A stretch of 64,000 bases of DNA from contig CBDFMQ010000002.1 in the NCBI GenBank assembly GCA_965249725.1, positions 2,848,001 to 2,912,000 on the forward strand. Reading direction: 5' to 3'. The position numbers and the translations under genes are program-made. The notes below the pieces were generated by a model that saw only the letters and a list, made by a program, of their open reading frames with translations, did no database searches and had not been told where the DNA came from. Of the stretch, positions 9,669 to 22,906 are shown in pieces. Within the stretch, counting starts at the first letter, position 1. Each line of letters opens with the position of its first letter. The stretch comes from Longimicrobiales bacterium. GTDB taxonomy: Bacteria > Gemmatimonadota > Gemmatimonadetes > Longimicrobiales > Gaopeijiaceae.

Positions 9669-9962
9669 ATGCATGTAAGCATTCCTTTTCAATCCGATCC
9701 CGAGATCATGGCCGAGATCGGCGAGCGCTTGAGAGCCCTGCGCAAGGCCCGCCAGCTCACCAGGGCCGAGGCCGCGGAGCAGGCCGGCCTGAATCTGAGC
9801 ACGGTCGCGAGGGCGGAGAAAGGGAGCAACCCGACCCTTCTCACACTCTTGCGGCTGCTGCGCGTCTACGGCGACCTCCACTCCGTCGAGAACCTCGTCT
9901 CCGAGGCCGACGTGAGCCCCCTTGCCGTAGTGGCCTCGAAGCGAGACGACGCTCGTGGCTGA
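9669..9962 (+). CDS. HipB-like XRE helix-turn-helix antitoxin
   Basis: IGERLRALRKARQLTRAEAAEQAGLNLSTVARAEKG; overlaps HipA start by 8 nt; start may be slightly different. Confidence 0.85.
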   Translation: MHVSIPFQSDPEIMAEIGERLRALRKARQLTRAEAAEQAGLNLSTVARAEKGSNPTLLTLLRLLRVYGDLHSVENLVSEADVSPLAVVASKRDDARG

Positions 9963-11241
9963 GGAACCCGCCGTAGCCGAAGTCTGGCTTTGGGACGCCT
10001 ACGTCGGAGCCGTCATCGAGCTGCACGACAACAGCATCCTGTTCGAGTACTCCGATTCGTTTCGGTCGGGTGACTTGGAGATTTCCCCCCTCCGACTGCC
10101 TCTTCAGCCAGGCGCATACTCATTCCCGGACCTGCTCCGCAAAAACGCCTTCCATGGGCTGCCCGGAGTCCTGGCCGACGCCCTGCCCGACGCCTTCGGG
10201 GCCGCGGTCCTGCGCTCGTACTTCACCGCGATCGGCGAGACGCATATGGCGATGTCGCCGGTCCAGCACCTGCTGTATGCGGGGACCCGGGCGATCGGCG
10301 CTCTGGAGTTCAAGCCGGCCGCAGACTTCGGGGACCGCCCCCCTGAGCAGGAGGCCCTCGAGGTCGCGAGTCTCGTAGCCGACGCGCGAAGCATCATCAA
10401 GGGAAAGGTCGACGTCACGATTCCTGAGATCTTCCGCATCGGGACCTCGGCCGGCGGCATGCGGCCGAAGGCAGTCGTCCTCTACAACCGCTCCAGTAGC
10501 GAGGTTCGCTCGGCCTTCGCTACGGCGAGGGCCGGCGACGAACCCTGCATCCTGAAGTTCGACGGCGTCGGGAAGATCGCCGGAGGTGACACGATCGGAG
10601 ATCCCGAGCACTACAACCGCGTCGAAGCCGCATACGCGCTCATGGCCCGCCACGCGGGGTTGGACGTGGTCGACGTCGAGGTCGTCGAGAGCCCAGAGGG
10701 ACACGCGCACCTCGCCATCCCCCGGTTCGACATCACGCCCACCGGAGTGCTCCATCAGCATACGCTGGGCGGCATGCTCCACGTCGACTACAACGATCTG
10801 GGAGCGAGCAGCTACGAGGAGTACCTACGCACCATCCTGGGCATAGGGATGTCCGCCGCCGCTGTGGCCGAAGGCTTTCGGCGCATGGCGTTCAATGTGC
10901 TGGCGGTCAACCAGGACGACCACGTGAAGAATCTCTCCTTCCACATGGACCCCACCGGTGCGTGGAGACTGACGCCGGCATACGACCTGACCTTCGCGAA
11001 GGGTGGACGCTGGACCGCGACCCATCAGATGCACGTCGCAGGAAAACGTGAAGGCATCACCCGCTCCGACCTGGTCGAGGTCGCAGCCCAATTCGCGATC
11101 AAGGGCGCGGAAGCCATCCTCGGCCAAATCGAGGACGCCGTCGCGTCCTGGCCCTCGTTCGCACGAGTAACGCAGGTGCCTCGAGAGGCCGTGGACTCCA
11201 TAGGCTCCGAACTGGAGGCTCGGCGCCAAGCGGTGGGGTAG
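9955..11241 (+). CDS. hipA: HipA-family kinase toxin
   Basis: N-terminal coupled domain (FEY..ISPL.LPL, DALPD.FG), GTSAGGMRPKA, RFD, NQDDHVKN, LTPAYD. Confidence 0.92.
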   Translation: MAEEPAVAEVWLWDAYVGAVIELHDNSILFEYSDSFRSGDLEISPLRLPLQPGAYSFPDLLRKNAFHGLPGVLADALPDAFGAAVLRSYFTAIGETHMAMSPVQHLLYAGTRAIGALEFKPAADFGDRPPEQEALEVASLVADARSIIKGKVDVTIPEIFRIGTSAGGMRPKAVVLYNRSSSEVRSAFATARAGDEPCILKFDGVGKIAGGDTIGDPEHYNRVEAAYALMARHAGLDVVDVEVVESPEGHAHLAIPRFDITPTGVLHQHTLGGMLHVDYNDLGASSYEEYLRTILGIGMSAAAVAEGFRRMAFNVLAVNQDDHVKNLSFHMDPTGAWRLTPAYDLTFAKGGRWTATHQMHVAGKREGITRSDLVEVAAQFAIKGAEAILGQIEDAVASWPSFARVTQVPREAVDSIGSELEARRQAVG

Positions 11242-11329
11242 GCATCTTCCAGTCCGTCGTCGGCTTGAGACCCTTCACCCCCCGACCTAGAATCAACCGG
11301 CTTCGCGTTCACTCGAGCTGGAGGTCCCG

Positions 11330-13031
11330 ATGGTCCGGAACGCACGTAGGAATGGGTGGTGCTCCGCAGCGACGGCCTTTCTCCTCACGGCCGTGCTCAT
11401 GGCCACTGGATGTCGGGCACCCGACGGGCGATCTCCCCTGCGATTCGCGGTCTCCTTTCCGGCGGACCGCAGCGCACGACCACTCGATGGCCGTATCCTC
11501 CTCATGGTCTCCAATCTCGAGGAGCCCGAACCGCGCTTTCAGGTGGGCGTTTTCATGGCCGAGTCACCCCCCATCTTCGGGATCGACGTGAACGGGCTCG
11601 AACCCGAGGAAGAGGCCATCATCGACGCTGATGTGTTCGGTTATCCGCTGGAGAGCCTCTCTGAGCTTCCCCCCGGCGAGTACTGGGTCCAGGCACTCCT
11701 CCACCGCTACGAGACGTTCACGAGGTCCGACGGACACACTCTCAAGCTCCCGATGGACCGCGGAGAGGGACAGGTCTGGCAGAGCGCCCCGGGCAACTTG
11801 TTCAGCACCCCACAGCGGGTCCGAGTGGATCCTGGCCGCAACGACGTGATCCGGATCAGCCTAGAGCAGGAGATCCCGCCGCTACCCCCGTACGAGGACA
11901 CCGAGTACGTCCGTTACGTACAGGTCGAGAGCAAGCTGCTGTCGGAGTTCTTGGGGGCGACCGATGCATCTCGGAGCCATCGTCCTCCTCCCGGAAGGCT
12001 GGGCCGACCACCCCGACGCCCACTATCCCTTGATGATCAACCACGGACACTTCGAGCGGGAGTTCCGCGGCTTCAGCGAGACGCCGCCCGCCCCGGGCCT
12101 GGACGGTTCTGAGCTCGCGCGCGCCGAGCGCGACCACGCATTCTACAGGGAGTGGACGGGCCCCGGGTACCCGCGGATGCTGTACGCCAAGATCCAGCAT
12201 GCGAATCCGTATTACGACGACTCCTACGCCGTGAACTCGGCGAACCTGGGTCCCTACGGAGACGCGATCAACTACGAGCTGATTCCCGAGATCGAGCGCC
12301 TCTTCCGGGGCATCGGACAAGGGTGGGCCCGTGGCCTGCACGGCGGCTCCACGGGCGGATGGGAGGTGCTCGGCTCACAGATTTTCTATCCCGACGAGTA
12401 CAATGGCGCCTGGGCGGCCTGCCCTGACGTGGTCAACTTCCACTTCTACCGCATCGTTCCCCTCTACGACGCCGACAACGCGTACTACGAGCAGACCGAG
12501 TGGCGGCGGATCTACCGGCCGGGATACCGGAACACATTAGGGGAGCTCAGAAACACCTTCGAGGAGCGGAACCTGATCGAACTCGTGATCGGGACGAACA
12601 GCCGCTCCGGCGGCCAGCATGACATCTGGCCGGCCGTCTTCGGTCCGGTGGGTGATGACGGGTATCCGGCCTACCCCTACGACAAGTGGACAGGGGAGAT
12701 CGACCGCGATGTCGTGGAGTACTGGCGTGAGCACTACGACCTGACGCACATCCTGGAGCGGGACTGGGCCACGCTGGGACGCAAGCTCCAGGGCAAGCTG
12801 CACATCTACATGGGAGACATGGACAACGGCTACCTGAACAACGCCGTCTACATCCTCGAGGAGTTCCTCGAGAGTACCACGAACCCGTATTACGGCGGCT
12901 CGGTGGAGTACGGTGACCGGCAGCCGCACTGCTACAGCGGCCATGACCGGCGCTACTGGTTCGACCAACTCCAGGCGAGAATCTTGGAGACGGCGCCGGT
13001 GGGCGTGGACCTGGCTAGCTGGCGGTATTGA
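11330..13031 (+). CDS. Putative esterase/alpha-beta hydrolase lipoprotein, apparent +1 frameshift at ~11951
   Basis: Removing one T gives …SEFWGRPMHLGA…, joining ORFs 11330..12112 and 11964..13031; nucleophile motif GGSTGG; lipobox-like MATGC. Confidence 0.75.
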
Positions 13032-13180
13032 ACCATCGCATGGCCGGTTCCTCTCGGGGGCTGAGGTCGTCGCAAGGTATCGCCACGCCCCGCCGCTCGC
13101 CCCATCTTGCGGTAATACCCCCATCCCGCCACACGGGCGGTAGCAACCACCGTTCCTGGCCACGCTCGAGGAAGCAATCG

Positions 13181-14320
13181 ATGAGGAACGAGCAGCACAG
13201 GCTTGTTTACATCGAGCAGGTTCGAATCGTCTACAGCCAGTCATCCACGGCGATCGTTGGTGGCTCGATCGTCAGCGTCCTGTTCGTCTGGATGTTCTGG
13301 AACGTCAGCGACCACGCCGTCCTCCTCGGATGGTGGGCCTGTTCGCAGGTCGTGTTGCTGGTCCGGATCGTGCCTTATGTGGCCTTCAATCGGCGTCGGG
13401 ATAACTCAGGCATTCAGCGTTGGGGCGATGTGTATGCCTTCCTCGCGTTCCTTCAAGGCTCTATCTGGGGTGCGGCATGGTTGATCCTGCTGCCCGTGTC
13501 GGATCCCATGTACAACGTCGTCGCGGTGACTTGGATCATCGGTCTCACGGCCGCCTCGGTGAGCGCCTACATCGCACATCTGAGGTCATTGCTGGCGTTC
13601 TTCGTGCCTGTGGACGCCCCGGGCCTCGCCCAACTCGTCGCTATCGGAGGCCGGCTCCACCTCGGTCTGGCACTCGTCGTCGTCATCTACATTATCGTCG
13701 CGCTGCGTGCGCTCATCCCGATCAACCGTTCCATGATTCGGGCGATAGGACTCAACTTCAAGCTGGAGGAGGAGATCAGGGAGCGGCAGAGGGTCGAGAT
13801 CCAGCTCAGGGAGCTTTCACTCCGAGACGGCCTCACGGGATTGTCCAATCGCCGCCACTTCGACAGTACGTTGGACATCGAGCTGCAGCGGGCACAGCGA
13901 CACTCACAACCACTGTCATTGGTCCTCATGGACATCGACGACTTCAAGCTGTTCAACGATACCTACGGTCACGTCGAGGGCGACGAGTGTCTGAGGCGAC
14001 TGAGTGCTCTGATCGAAGGCGCCGTGAAGCGTACAGGAGACCTCGCCGCTCGATACGGGGGTGACGAACTCGCCCTCATACTTCCCGATGCCGATGCCGA
14101 AGACGCACGCCGGATCACCGAGGGGATGCGCCAGGGGGTCTACGACCTGGCCATTCCACACGAATCCTCGAGTGTCGAGGGGTGCGACAGAATCACGATC
14201 AGCGCGGGCATCGCCACGATGATGCCCGACAGGGATTCCGTGGCGGCGGACCTCGTCGTGCTGGCCGACGAGGCGCTATACAGCGCCAAGCGAAGCGGAA
14301 GGAACCGCACGGTGGGCTAG
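13181..14320 (+). CDS. Membrane-bound diguanylate cyclase (GGDEF)
   Basis: About 5 TMs, then DGLTGLSNRR, DIDDFKLFNDTYGH..GD, I-site RTGD, RYGGDEL, ADEALY.AK..GRNR. Confidence 0.9.
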   Translation: MRNEQHRLVYIEQVRIVYSQSSTAIVGGSIVSVLFVWMFWNVSDHAVLLGWWACSQVVLLVRIVPYVAFNRRRDNSGIQRWGDVYAFLAFLQGSIWGAAWLILLPVSDPMYNVVAVTWIIGLTAASVSAYIAHLRSLLAFFVPVDAPGLAQLVAIGGRLHLGLALVVVIYIIVALRALIPINRSMIRAIGLNFKLEEEIRERQRVEIQLRELSLRDGLTGLSNRRHFDSTLDIELQRAQRHSQPLSLVLMDIDDFKLFNDTYGHVEGDECLRRLSALIEGAVKRTGDLAARYGGDELALILPDADAEDARRITEGMRQGVYDLAIPHESSSVEGCDRITISAGIATMMPDRDSVAADLVVLADEALYSAKRSGRNRTVG

Positions 14321-14357
14321 GGGATCGAATATCCGTGGAGATCGAAGTGGAGGACCG

Positions 14358-15635
14358 ATGAGTAGCGTCGGCAGCATGGGAATCCTGGTGGGCGGCGGAC
14401 CCGCGCCGGGCATCAATAGCGTCATCGGGGCGGCCACGATCCGAGCCCGGTTGAACGACCTGGATGTGCTGGGCATCCAAGACGGCTTCAAATGGCTCAT
14501 GCAGGGTGACGTGGACCACATAGAGCACCTCACGATCGAGAACGTGAGCCGTATTCACTTTCGCGGGGGATCCTACGTGGGCATCTCGCGTGCGAACCCC
14601 ACCAAGTCTGAGGAGCTGTTGGAGAAGACGGTCCTGTCGCTGCTCCGGCTGGACGTCACGCATCTGATCACGATCGGAGGGGACGACACGGCCTACTCCG
14701 CGCTCCGGCTCGAGCAGCACTCGGCGGGACGACTCAGGGTGGTGCACGTGCCGAAGACGATCGACAACGACCTGGATCTTCCCTCTTCGATCTTCACATT
14801 CGGATTCCAGACCGCACGCCACCTCGGATGCGACATCGTGAAGAACCTCATGGTGGACGCACGCACGACCTCGCGCTGGTACTTCGTGATCTCGATGGGG
14901 CGCAAAGCGGGGCACCTGGCCCTGGGTATCGGCAAGTCGGCCGGCGCCACGCTCACGCTCATTCCGGAGGAGTTCTCCCACAAGCCGATTCCGCTCAAGA
15001 CGCTGGTGGACACGCTGGTCGCAGCGATCATCAAGAGGCTCAGCTCGGGTCGACGCGACGGTGTTGCGGTGATCGCGGAGGGGGTGGTGCTCAGCATCGA
15101 CCCCGAGGACCTCAACGCACTCGGGGACGTGGAGAAGGACCAACACGGCAACGTGCGCATCGCCGAGGTGGCCATCGGTGACATCCTGAAGCGAGAGGTG
15201 CAGCAGCGACTCGCGAACTTCGACCTGAGCACCACGATCGTGGCCAAGAACATCGGCTACGAGCTCCGCAGCGCCGATCCGATTCCGCTCGACATGGAGT
15301 ACACGCGCGACCTGGGGTACTGCGCAGCCAAATACCTGCTCGGAGGTGGCAACGCGGCGATGATTTCGATGCAGGGAGACGACTTCGTGCCGATTCCCTT
15401 CGAGGAGATGCTCGATCCGGAGACGGGACGCGCCCGTCTACGACTGGTCGACACGGATTCGCCCCGCTATAGCATCGCGAGACGCTACATGCTCCGCCTG
15501 CGCCGCGACGACTTCGAGGACGACCACGAGCTGGCGCGCTTCGCCGCCACCGCCGGTCTTTCTATCGAGGAGTTTCGGGCCGAATTCGAGGACCTCGTGC
15601 GGGGCGAGCGTGCTCCTCTGGACTTCAGCCCCTAG
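14358..15635 (+). CDS. pfp: Pyrophosphate-dependent 6-phosphofructokinase
   Basis: GGGPAPGIN, TIGGDDT (Asp typical of PPi-dependent PFK), PKTIDND, MGRKAGHLA, GYELR. Confidence 0.88.
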   Translation: MSSVGSMGILVGGGPAPGINSVIGAATIRARLNDLDVLGIQDGFKWLMQGDVDHIEHLTIENVSRIHFRGGSYVGISRANPTKSEELLEKTVLSLLRLDVTHLITIGGDDTAYSALRLEQHSAGRLRVVHVPKTIDNDLDLPSSIFTFGFQTARHLGCDIVKNLMVDARTTSRWYFVISMGRKAGHLALGIGKSAGATLTLIPEEFSHKPIPLKTLVDTLVAAIIKRLSSGRRDGVAVIAEGVVLSIDPEDLNALGDVEKDQHGNVRIAEVAIGDILKREVQQRLANFDLSTTIVAKNIGYELRSADPIPLDMEYTRDLGYCAAKYLLGGGNAAMISMQGDDFVPIPFEEMLDPETGRARLRLVDTDSPRYSIARRYMLRLRRDDFEDDHELARFAATAGLSIEEFRAEFEDLVRGERAPLDFSP

Positions 15636-15671
15636 GGCCGCGTTCGCTCCCGGCTCTACGGCCCGCCTGCC

Positions 15672-15787
15672 TCAGGGTACCCGGCGCTTCAGCTCCTCAT
15701 AGAAGTTCTGCACCACGATCAGTTCGGGCTCGTCTGCTCCGCTACCCGCGGTCGTTGCTCGCACCATGAGGAAGCGCTCACCATCCG
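15672..15787 (-). pseudogene. 3'-end remnant of the Ser/Thr kinase at 19022..21670
   Basis: 15676-15787 equals 19026-19137 with 2 synonymous mismatches; encodes DGERFLMVRATTAGSGADEPELIVVQNFYEELKRRVP*. Confidence 0.95.
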
Positions 15788-16036
15788 AGCTGCAGCGGGC
15801 AAAACGACACTCACAACCACTGTCATTGGTCCTTTTGGACATCGACGATTTCAAGCCGTTCAACGATACCTACGGTCACGTCGAAGGCGATGAGTGTCTG
15901 AGGCAACTCAGTCGTCTGATCGAAGGCTCCGTGAAGCGTACCGGAGACCTCGCCGCTCGATACGGGGTGACGAACTCGCCCTCATACTTCCCGATGCCGA
16001 AGACGCGCGCCGGACCACCGAGAGGATGCGCCAGGG
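15786..16036 (+). pseudogene. Internal GGDEF remnant, diverged copy of 13879-14136
   Basis: Aligns to the DGC gene with scattered substitutions, a 1-nt deletion in the GGDE codons and a 6-nt deletion. Confidence 0.95.
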
Positions 16037-16119
16037 AGAGTTGCGACAGGTGGCATGCGGTCCAATGTTCTAGGCCCTGCATCGACTCGCTGAGTTCTCG
16101 TGTAAGCTGGAGGCTTCAC

Positions 16120-18948
16120 ATGCGATCCTACCGTCGCCAGTCATGGGCCGTCGTGCTCTTGGCCATGCTGCCTGTCCTGTCCGTGTGCGGTAGCGATCAA
16201 TCGGCTCCAGTTCCCGGCTCGCTCACACTTGTGAGTGGCGACGCCCAAACGGCCCAAGTCGGGTCCATGTTGCCTCAGCCGCTCAGCGTAGAGGTGCGCG
16301 ATGATGCCGGCGCACCGATGGCGGGCATTGCCGTGAGCTGGACCGTCGCCAGCGGGGGTGGCTCGGTGTCGGCGGCGACCTCGACCACAGGCCCCAACGG
16401 GCAGACGACGGCCACATGGACACTCGGAGGCAGTGCGGGCACGCAGTCGGTCCGGGCTGCTGCTGCTGGGTTCACTGTGACATTCATGGCGACTGGAACG
16501 GCCGGCCCTGCTGCCCAAGTAGCCGTAACGCCGGAGCAGTCGACTCTCGGTGCACTCCAGGCGACGCTCCAACTCACGGCTGAGGTGCAGGACGCTTCAG
16601 GCAACCCCGTGGGTGGAGACGTCACGTGGGCCTCGAGCGACGAAGCGGTCCTTACGATCGACGCCACCGGGTTGGCGACGGCGTTGACGAATGGTACGGC
16701 GACCGTGACGGCCACGTCGGGAACGCTCGAAGGCACGGCGACCCTTACGGTCGCGCAAGCGGCGACGACGGTTCTGGTAACCCCCGAGGATCCGACCATC
16801 GCAATCGGCGGCACCCAGCAGCTCGCCGCGTCCGTGAGTGATGCCAACGGCAACCCGATCGTGGGTGCGGCGGTCATCTGGAGTTCTTCCGACCAGGCCG
16901 TCGCAACGGTGGATGCGGCGGGGCTGGTGACCGCAGTCGCGGAGGGTACATCAACCGTGACGGCCACGAGTGGGACGGCGAGCGGAAGTGTAACGGTAAC
17001 GGTGATTCTGGTTCCCGATCCGTTCGTGCCTGCCGCCGACGAAGATGTGGGCGGCACGATGACCGTGGCCGAGCTCACGATCCCGGCGGGCGTGACCATT
17101 ACGGCCACGAGTGCCCTGGTGATCAACGCAACAGGCCCGGTGCAGATCGATGGAGCCGTCATGGGTGACTGCGTGGCCGTGACGGTCAACGGGTCGGCGT
17201 CGGTGGTGGTCACCGGAGTCGTGGATAACGACTGCACGGGCGATGTAGGGGAGGACATACCGGGTCTCAACATCGTGGGCAGCGGCGAAATGACCTTCGA
17301 CGGAGCCGTGCTCACGAGTGCGGGAGACATCAACCTGGGGAATGATGGGGCCGCCCTAGCTGCCGCCGGAGCAGTCCTTGCACCGTCGTTGGACGCGAGT
17401 TCAACCGCACTACCCGACGAACCCTGCACGTACCGGGTCTTCGGAGCGGGGATCAGCAGGAACGACGGTCGGGATGGGGGCCCCAGCGCTTCCATGGGCG
17501 GGGACGGAAGCCGAGGCGGGAACATCACCGTTCGGTGTACGGGGGAGCTCAAACTCCTGGGCACCACGTTCACCGCAGGCGACGGGGGCAAGGGCGGGGA
17601 CGCCACGAACCCTATTGGTAGTGCCACCGGGGGTGGGGGAGGGCCGGGCGGCAACATCATCATCGCGAGCCAGAGCGGCACGATCACCGTGGAGAACAAC
17701 AACACGCTTACGACCGGACAAGGTGGCAAGGGCGGCGATGCCTTCTCCGAAGGAGATCCGGCCGAAGCGAACGGGGGGGCAGGCGGGGACGGAGGATTGC
17801 TGACGATGTCCCCGACGGTTGGGACCGGATCAGGTGCTCTCGAGAATTTCCGGGGAGACAGTGGAGACGGAGGTACGGCAAGAGCCAACGGCGAAGACGG
17901 AGACGACGCGACGTCCTCAACAGCGGCTACAAAGGGTGGGAGGGTCTAGGCAGTTGGCGGGGCCGCTGGAATCGTTCACCAGCCGGCGATCGATCCCACA
18001 GCGGGCGCACAAGGATTCACGCTGACGTTCAGCGAGCCCAGGGGCGGGAACGGTGGGGACGCATTAGGTCTCGGAGGGGACGGCGGCAAAGGCAGCATGG
18101 ACTTCCCCATCGGAGCCATGGGTCCGGACATGCTGGTGCGTGGGGGGGCCGGTGGAACGGTATTGTCTCTGTCCTTCGGCGCCCGGCCGCCGGGAACTCC
18201 AGGGAACGGTGGCCTCGCACGGTTCGTGGGCGGAAATGGGGGCATGGGCTGGAACGCCTGCGAAGACAACTTCCTGCTCGAGCGTGGCGGCAACGGGGGA
18301 CCGGGAGGAGTGCTCGACGGTGGCAACGGCGAAGCAGGCTTAGGCGGGGCGAACGGTGAGCTTTCAGGTACGCCCGGGGACCTGCTCGTTGAGGATGCGG
18401 GCAACGGGGGAGACGGAGGAGATGGAGCACCGGCCAATTCCGTGGGGGGCGCAGCCGGGACGAACGGACTGATACCCGTGGACGGAACCACGGCCACGAT
18501 AACGGACGGTCTGGCCAAGGGAGAGGACGGGGAACCCTGCGAGTTCGGCTTCAACGTCGCGATCACCGTGACGTCCGATCCGAATGGACACGAGGAGTTC
18601 ATCCAACTCACGACGGTCACTATGATCACGGCCAAACTGCTCCCCGACGGACAGATCGAGTTCACCAGCGGTTCGGTCCTGTGGATCGAGACTACTGGCG
18701 CCGTGGGGGCAGATGGATCCTTCACTACGACAGGGTCCGGACGCGCCGCCGGCTTTAACAACACACCGGTGACCTTCGATGGAACGATCGTCCTGGATGC
18801 GGAAGGCCGGGTGACCGGGATCACCGGAATGCTGGTCTACGATTCCAGCAACTCGGTTCTCCCCCCGCAGCCAGACCCGCCGGACGGAGATGGAATGCGG
18901 CATCCGGCCGAATACAGCCTGACGGGAACACTCAAGCCGCCGGCATAG
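16120..18948 (+). CDS. Secreted Ig-like (Big_1/Big_2) and glycine-rich surface protein, interrupted by one in-frame TAG at 17947-17949
   Basis: GGAGG RBS plus signal peptide; VTWASSDEAV / IWSSSDQAVATVDAAGLVTA Big_2 motifs; GGxGGxGG repeats; same frame stays open after the TAG up to 18948. Confidence 0.8.
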
Positions 18949-18996
18949 GGGGGAGCTACAGGCTTAGGAGGAGGTACTGGCTTAGGGGGAGGTACC
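18942..18996. repeat. Three imperfect 18-19 bp tandem repeats between convergent genes
   Basis: GGCATAGGGGGGAGCTACA / GGCTTAGGAGGAGGTACT / GGCTTAGGGGGAGGTACC. Confidence 0.75.
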
Positions 18997-19021
18997 GGCG
19001 CTCTCGGGGGCAGCTGCCCTA

Positions 19022-21670
<2,649 letters not shown>

Positions 21671-21709
21671 GCGCAGAAGATGCGGTCAAAGGGCGTCAGA
21701 CCACAAGCG
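21671..21709 (-). promoter_or_regulatory. Putative leaderless promoter of kinase 1
   Basis: CGCTTGTGG-18nt-CATCTT-6nt-GTG; same motif and spacing as 42806..42844. Confidence 0.6.
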
Positions 21710-21847
21710 GTGCGCCCGCCCGATTTCCCTTGCGTCCCGACCCGGTCCCTCTGAAGAATTGAACACGGCATCCGTACTCAAAGGGCAGCACCCTGCCCTG
21801 CGATACCCGGGCGGGCCGCGAACTCTCGTCCACCAGGAGGCACCTCG

Positions 21848-22705
21848 ATGTCCAAGATGAGCCGCAGTTGGGCCCTCATGAAGGCAAGCGCCAACGTGCT
21901 TCGCCTCGACAAGGAGCTGATGCTCTTTCCAATAATGTCGGGCGTAGCGGCGATCATCGTATCGGCCACGTTCATCGCACCGGTATTCGCGATGGCCGAT
22001 GGCTTCGATACGCTGTCTCGCATGACGGAGGACGGCGGCTACCTCGGTTACGTGACGGGATTCATCTACTACGTGGCGCTCTACACGGTCATCTTCTTCT
22101 TCAACACGGCGCTGGTGGGCGCGGCGATGATCCGCCTGGACGGGGGTGATCCGACGGTGGGCGACGGCCTGACCATCGCGTTCCGCAAGCTCCCGACGGT
22201 CGTGGGCTACGCAGTCATCGCCGCAACGGTCGGCATGCTCCTGCGAGCCATCGAGGAGAGAGTCGGCTTTCTGGGCCGCATCATCATCGGCATACTGGGC
22301 GTGTCCTGGACGCTAGCGACCTACCTGACAGTTCCGGTGCTCGTCACAAAGGATGTGAGCGCGGTCGACGCCGTGAAGGAGAGTGCGGGCCTCTTCAAGA
22401 AGACGTGGGGCGAGCAGATGGTCGCCAACGCCGGCATGGGCGTAGCCTTCTTGCTGATCGGCCTGGCCATGGTCGCCGTCTTCGTACCGCTCGCCATCCT
22501 CCTGGGATCGGTCAACGAGCTACTGATCGTCCCGTTGGTTCTGTCCATGGCCGGAGGCCTGGTCTTCTTGGGTCTCCTGAGCAGCACCCTGCAGGGCATC
22601 TACTCCGCGGCGCTGTATCGCTACGCCACGACGGGTGACCCGGGTCAGGGCTTCGACGCGGCGGCAATGCAGGATGCGTTCCGGCCAAAGAAGAAGCGCT
22701 GGTAG
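21848..22705 (+). CDS. Conserved membrane protein (DUF6159-like)
   Basis: SWAL.KAS..VLR.DKEL..FP, FFNTALV, S..LFKKTWGE, ALYRYA; AGGAGG RBS. Confidence 0.8.
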   Translation: MSKMSRSWALMKASANVLRLDKELMLFPIMSGVAAIIVSATFIAPVFAMADGFDTLSRMTEDGGYLGYVTGFIYYVALYTVIFFFNTALVGAAMIRLDGGDPTVGDGLTIAFRKLPTVVGYAVIAATVGMLLRAIEERVGFLGRIIIGILGVSWTLATYLTVPVLVTKDVSAVDAVKESAGLFKKTWGEQMVANAGMGVAFLLIGLAMVAVFVPLAILLGSVNELLIVPLVLSMAGGLVFLGLLSSTLQGIYSAALYRYATTGDPGQGFDAAAMQDAFRPKKKRW

Positions 22706-22715
22706 CCGACCGCCG

Positions 22716-22847
22716 TTAACCGACCGTTGCGTGCTCCGCGGCAGCCTCCACCTCTGGCTCCTCCGGCTCGACCTCCACTCGCCCGTCCGCTTGCGCAGCG
22801 TGCGCGGCCGCCAACCGGGCGATAGGCACCCTGAACGGCGAGCAGGA
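22716..22847 (-). pseudogene. ppdK: Orphan C-terminal remnant of pyruvate,phosphate dikinase
   Basis: Manual translation SCSPFRVPIARLAAAHAA…*, matching the conserved PPDK C-terminus (YVSCSPFRVPIARLAAAQA); no upstream ppdK body. Confidence 0.85.
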
Positions 22848-22906
22848 AGCCCTGCTCCGCGTCGTCGCGTGAGAATACCTTGGACCGCGTGTAGGGAGTT
22901 CTCGGG

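Noticed and set aside
13879..16036. Diversity-generating retroelement TR/VR pair
   Set aside because: Differences between the copies are not adenine-specific, include indels and many synonymous changes, and there is no reverse transcriptase in the window.
15766..16119. GGDEF-Ig fusion protein as listed in the ORF track (15766..17949)
   Set aside because: The 5' part is accidental read-through of the chimeric remnant; a proper RBS and signal peptide start at 16120.
17947..17949. Pyrrolysine or genome-wide amber recoding
   Set aside because: Many genes here end convincingly at TAG, and no pyl genes are visible.
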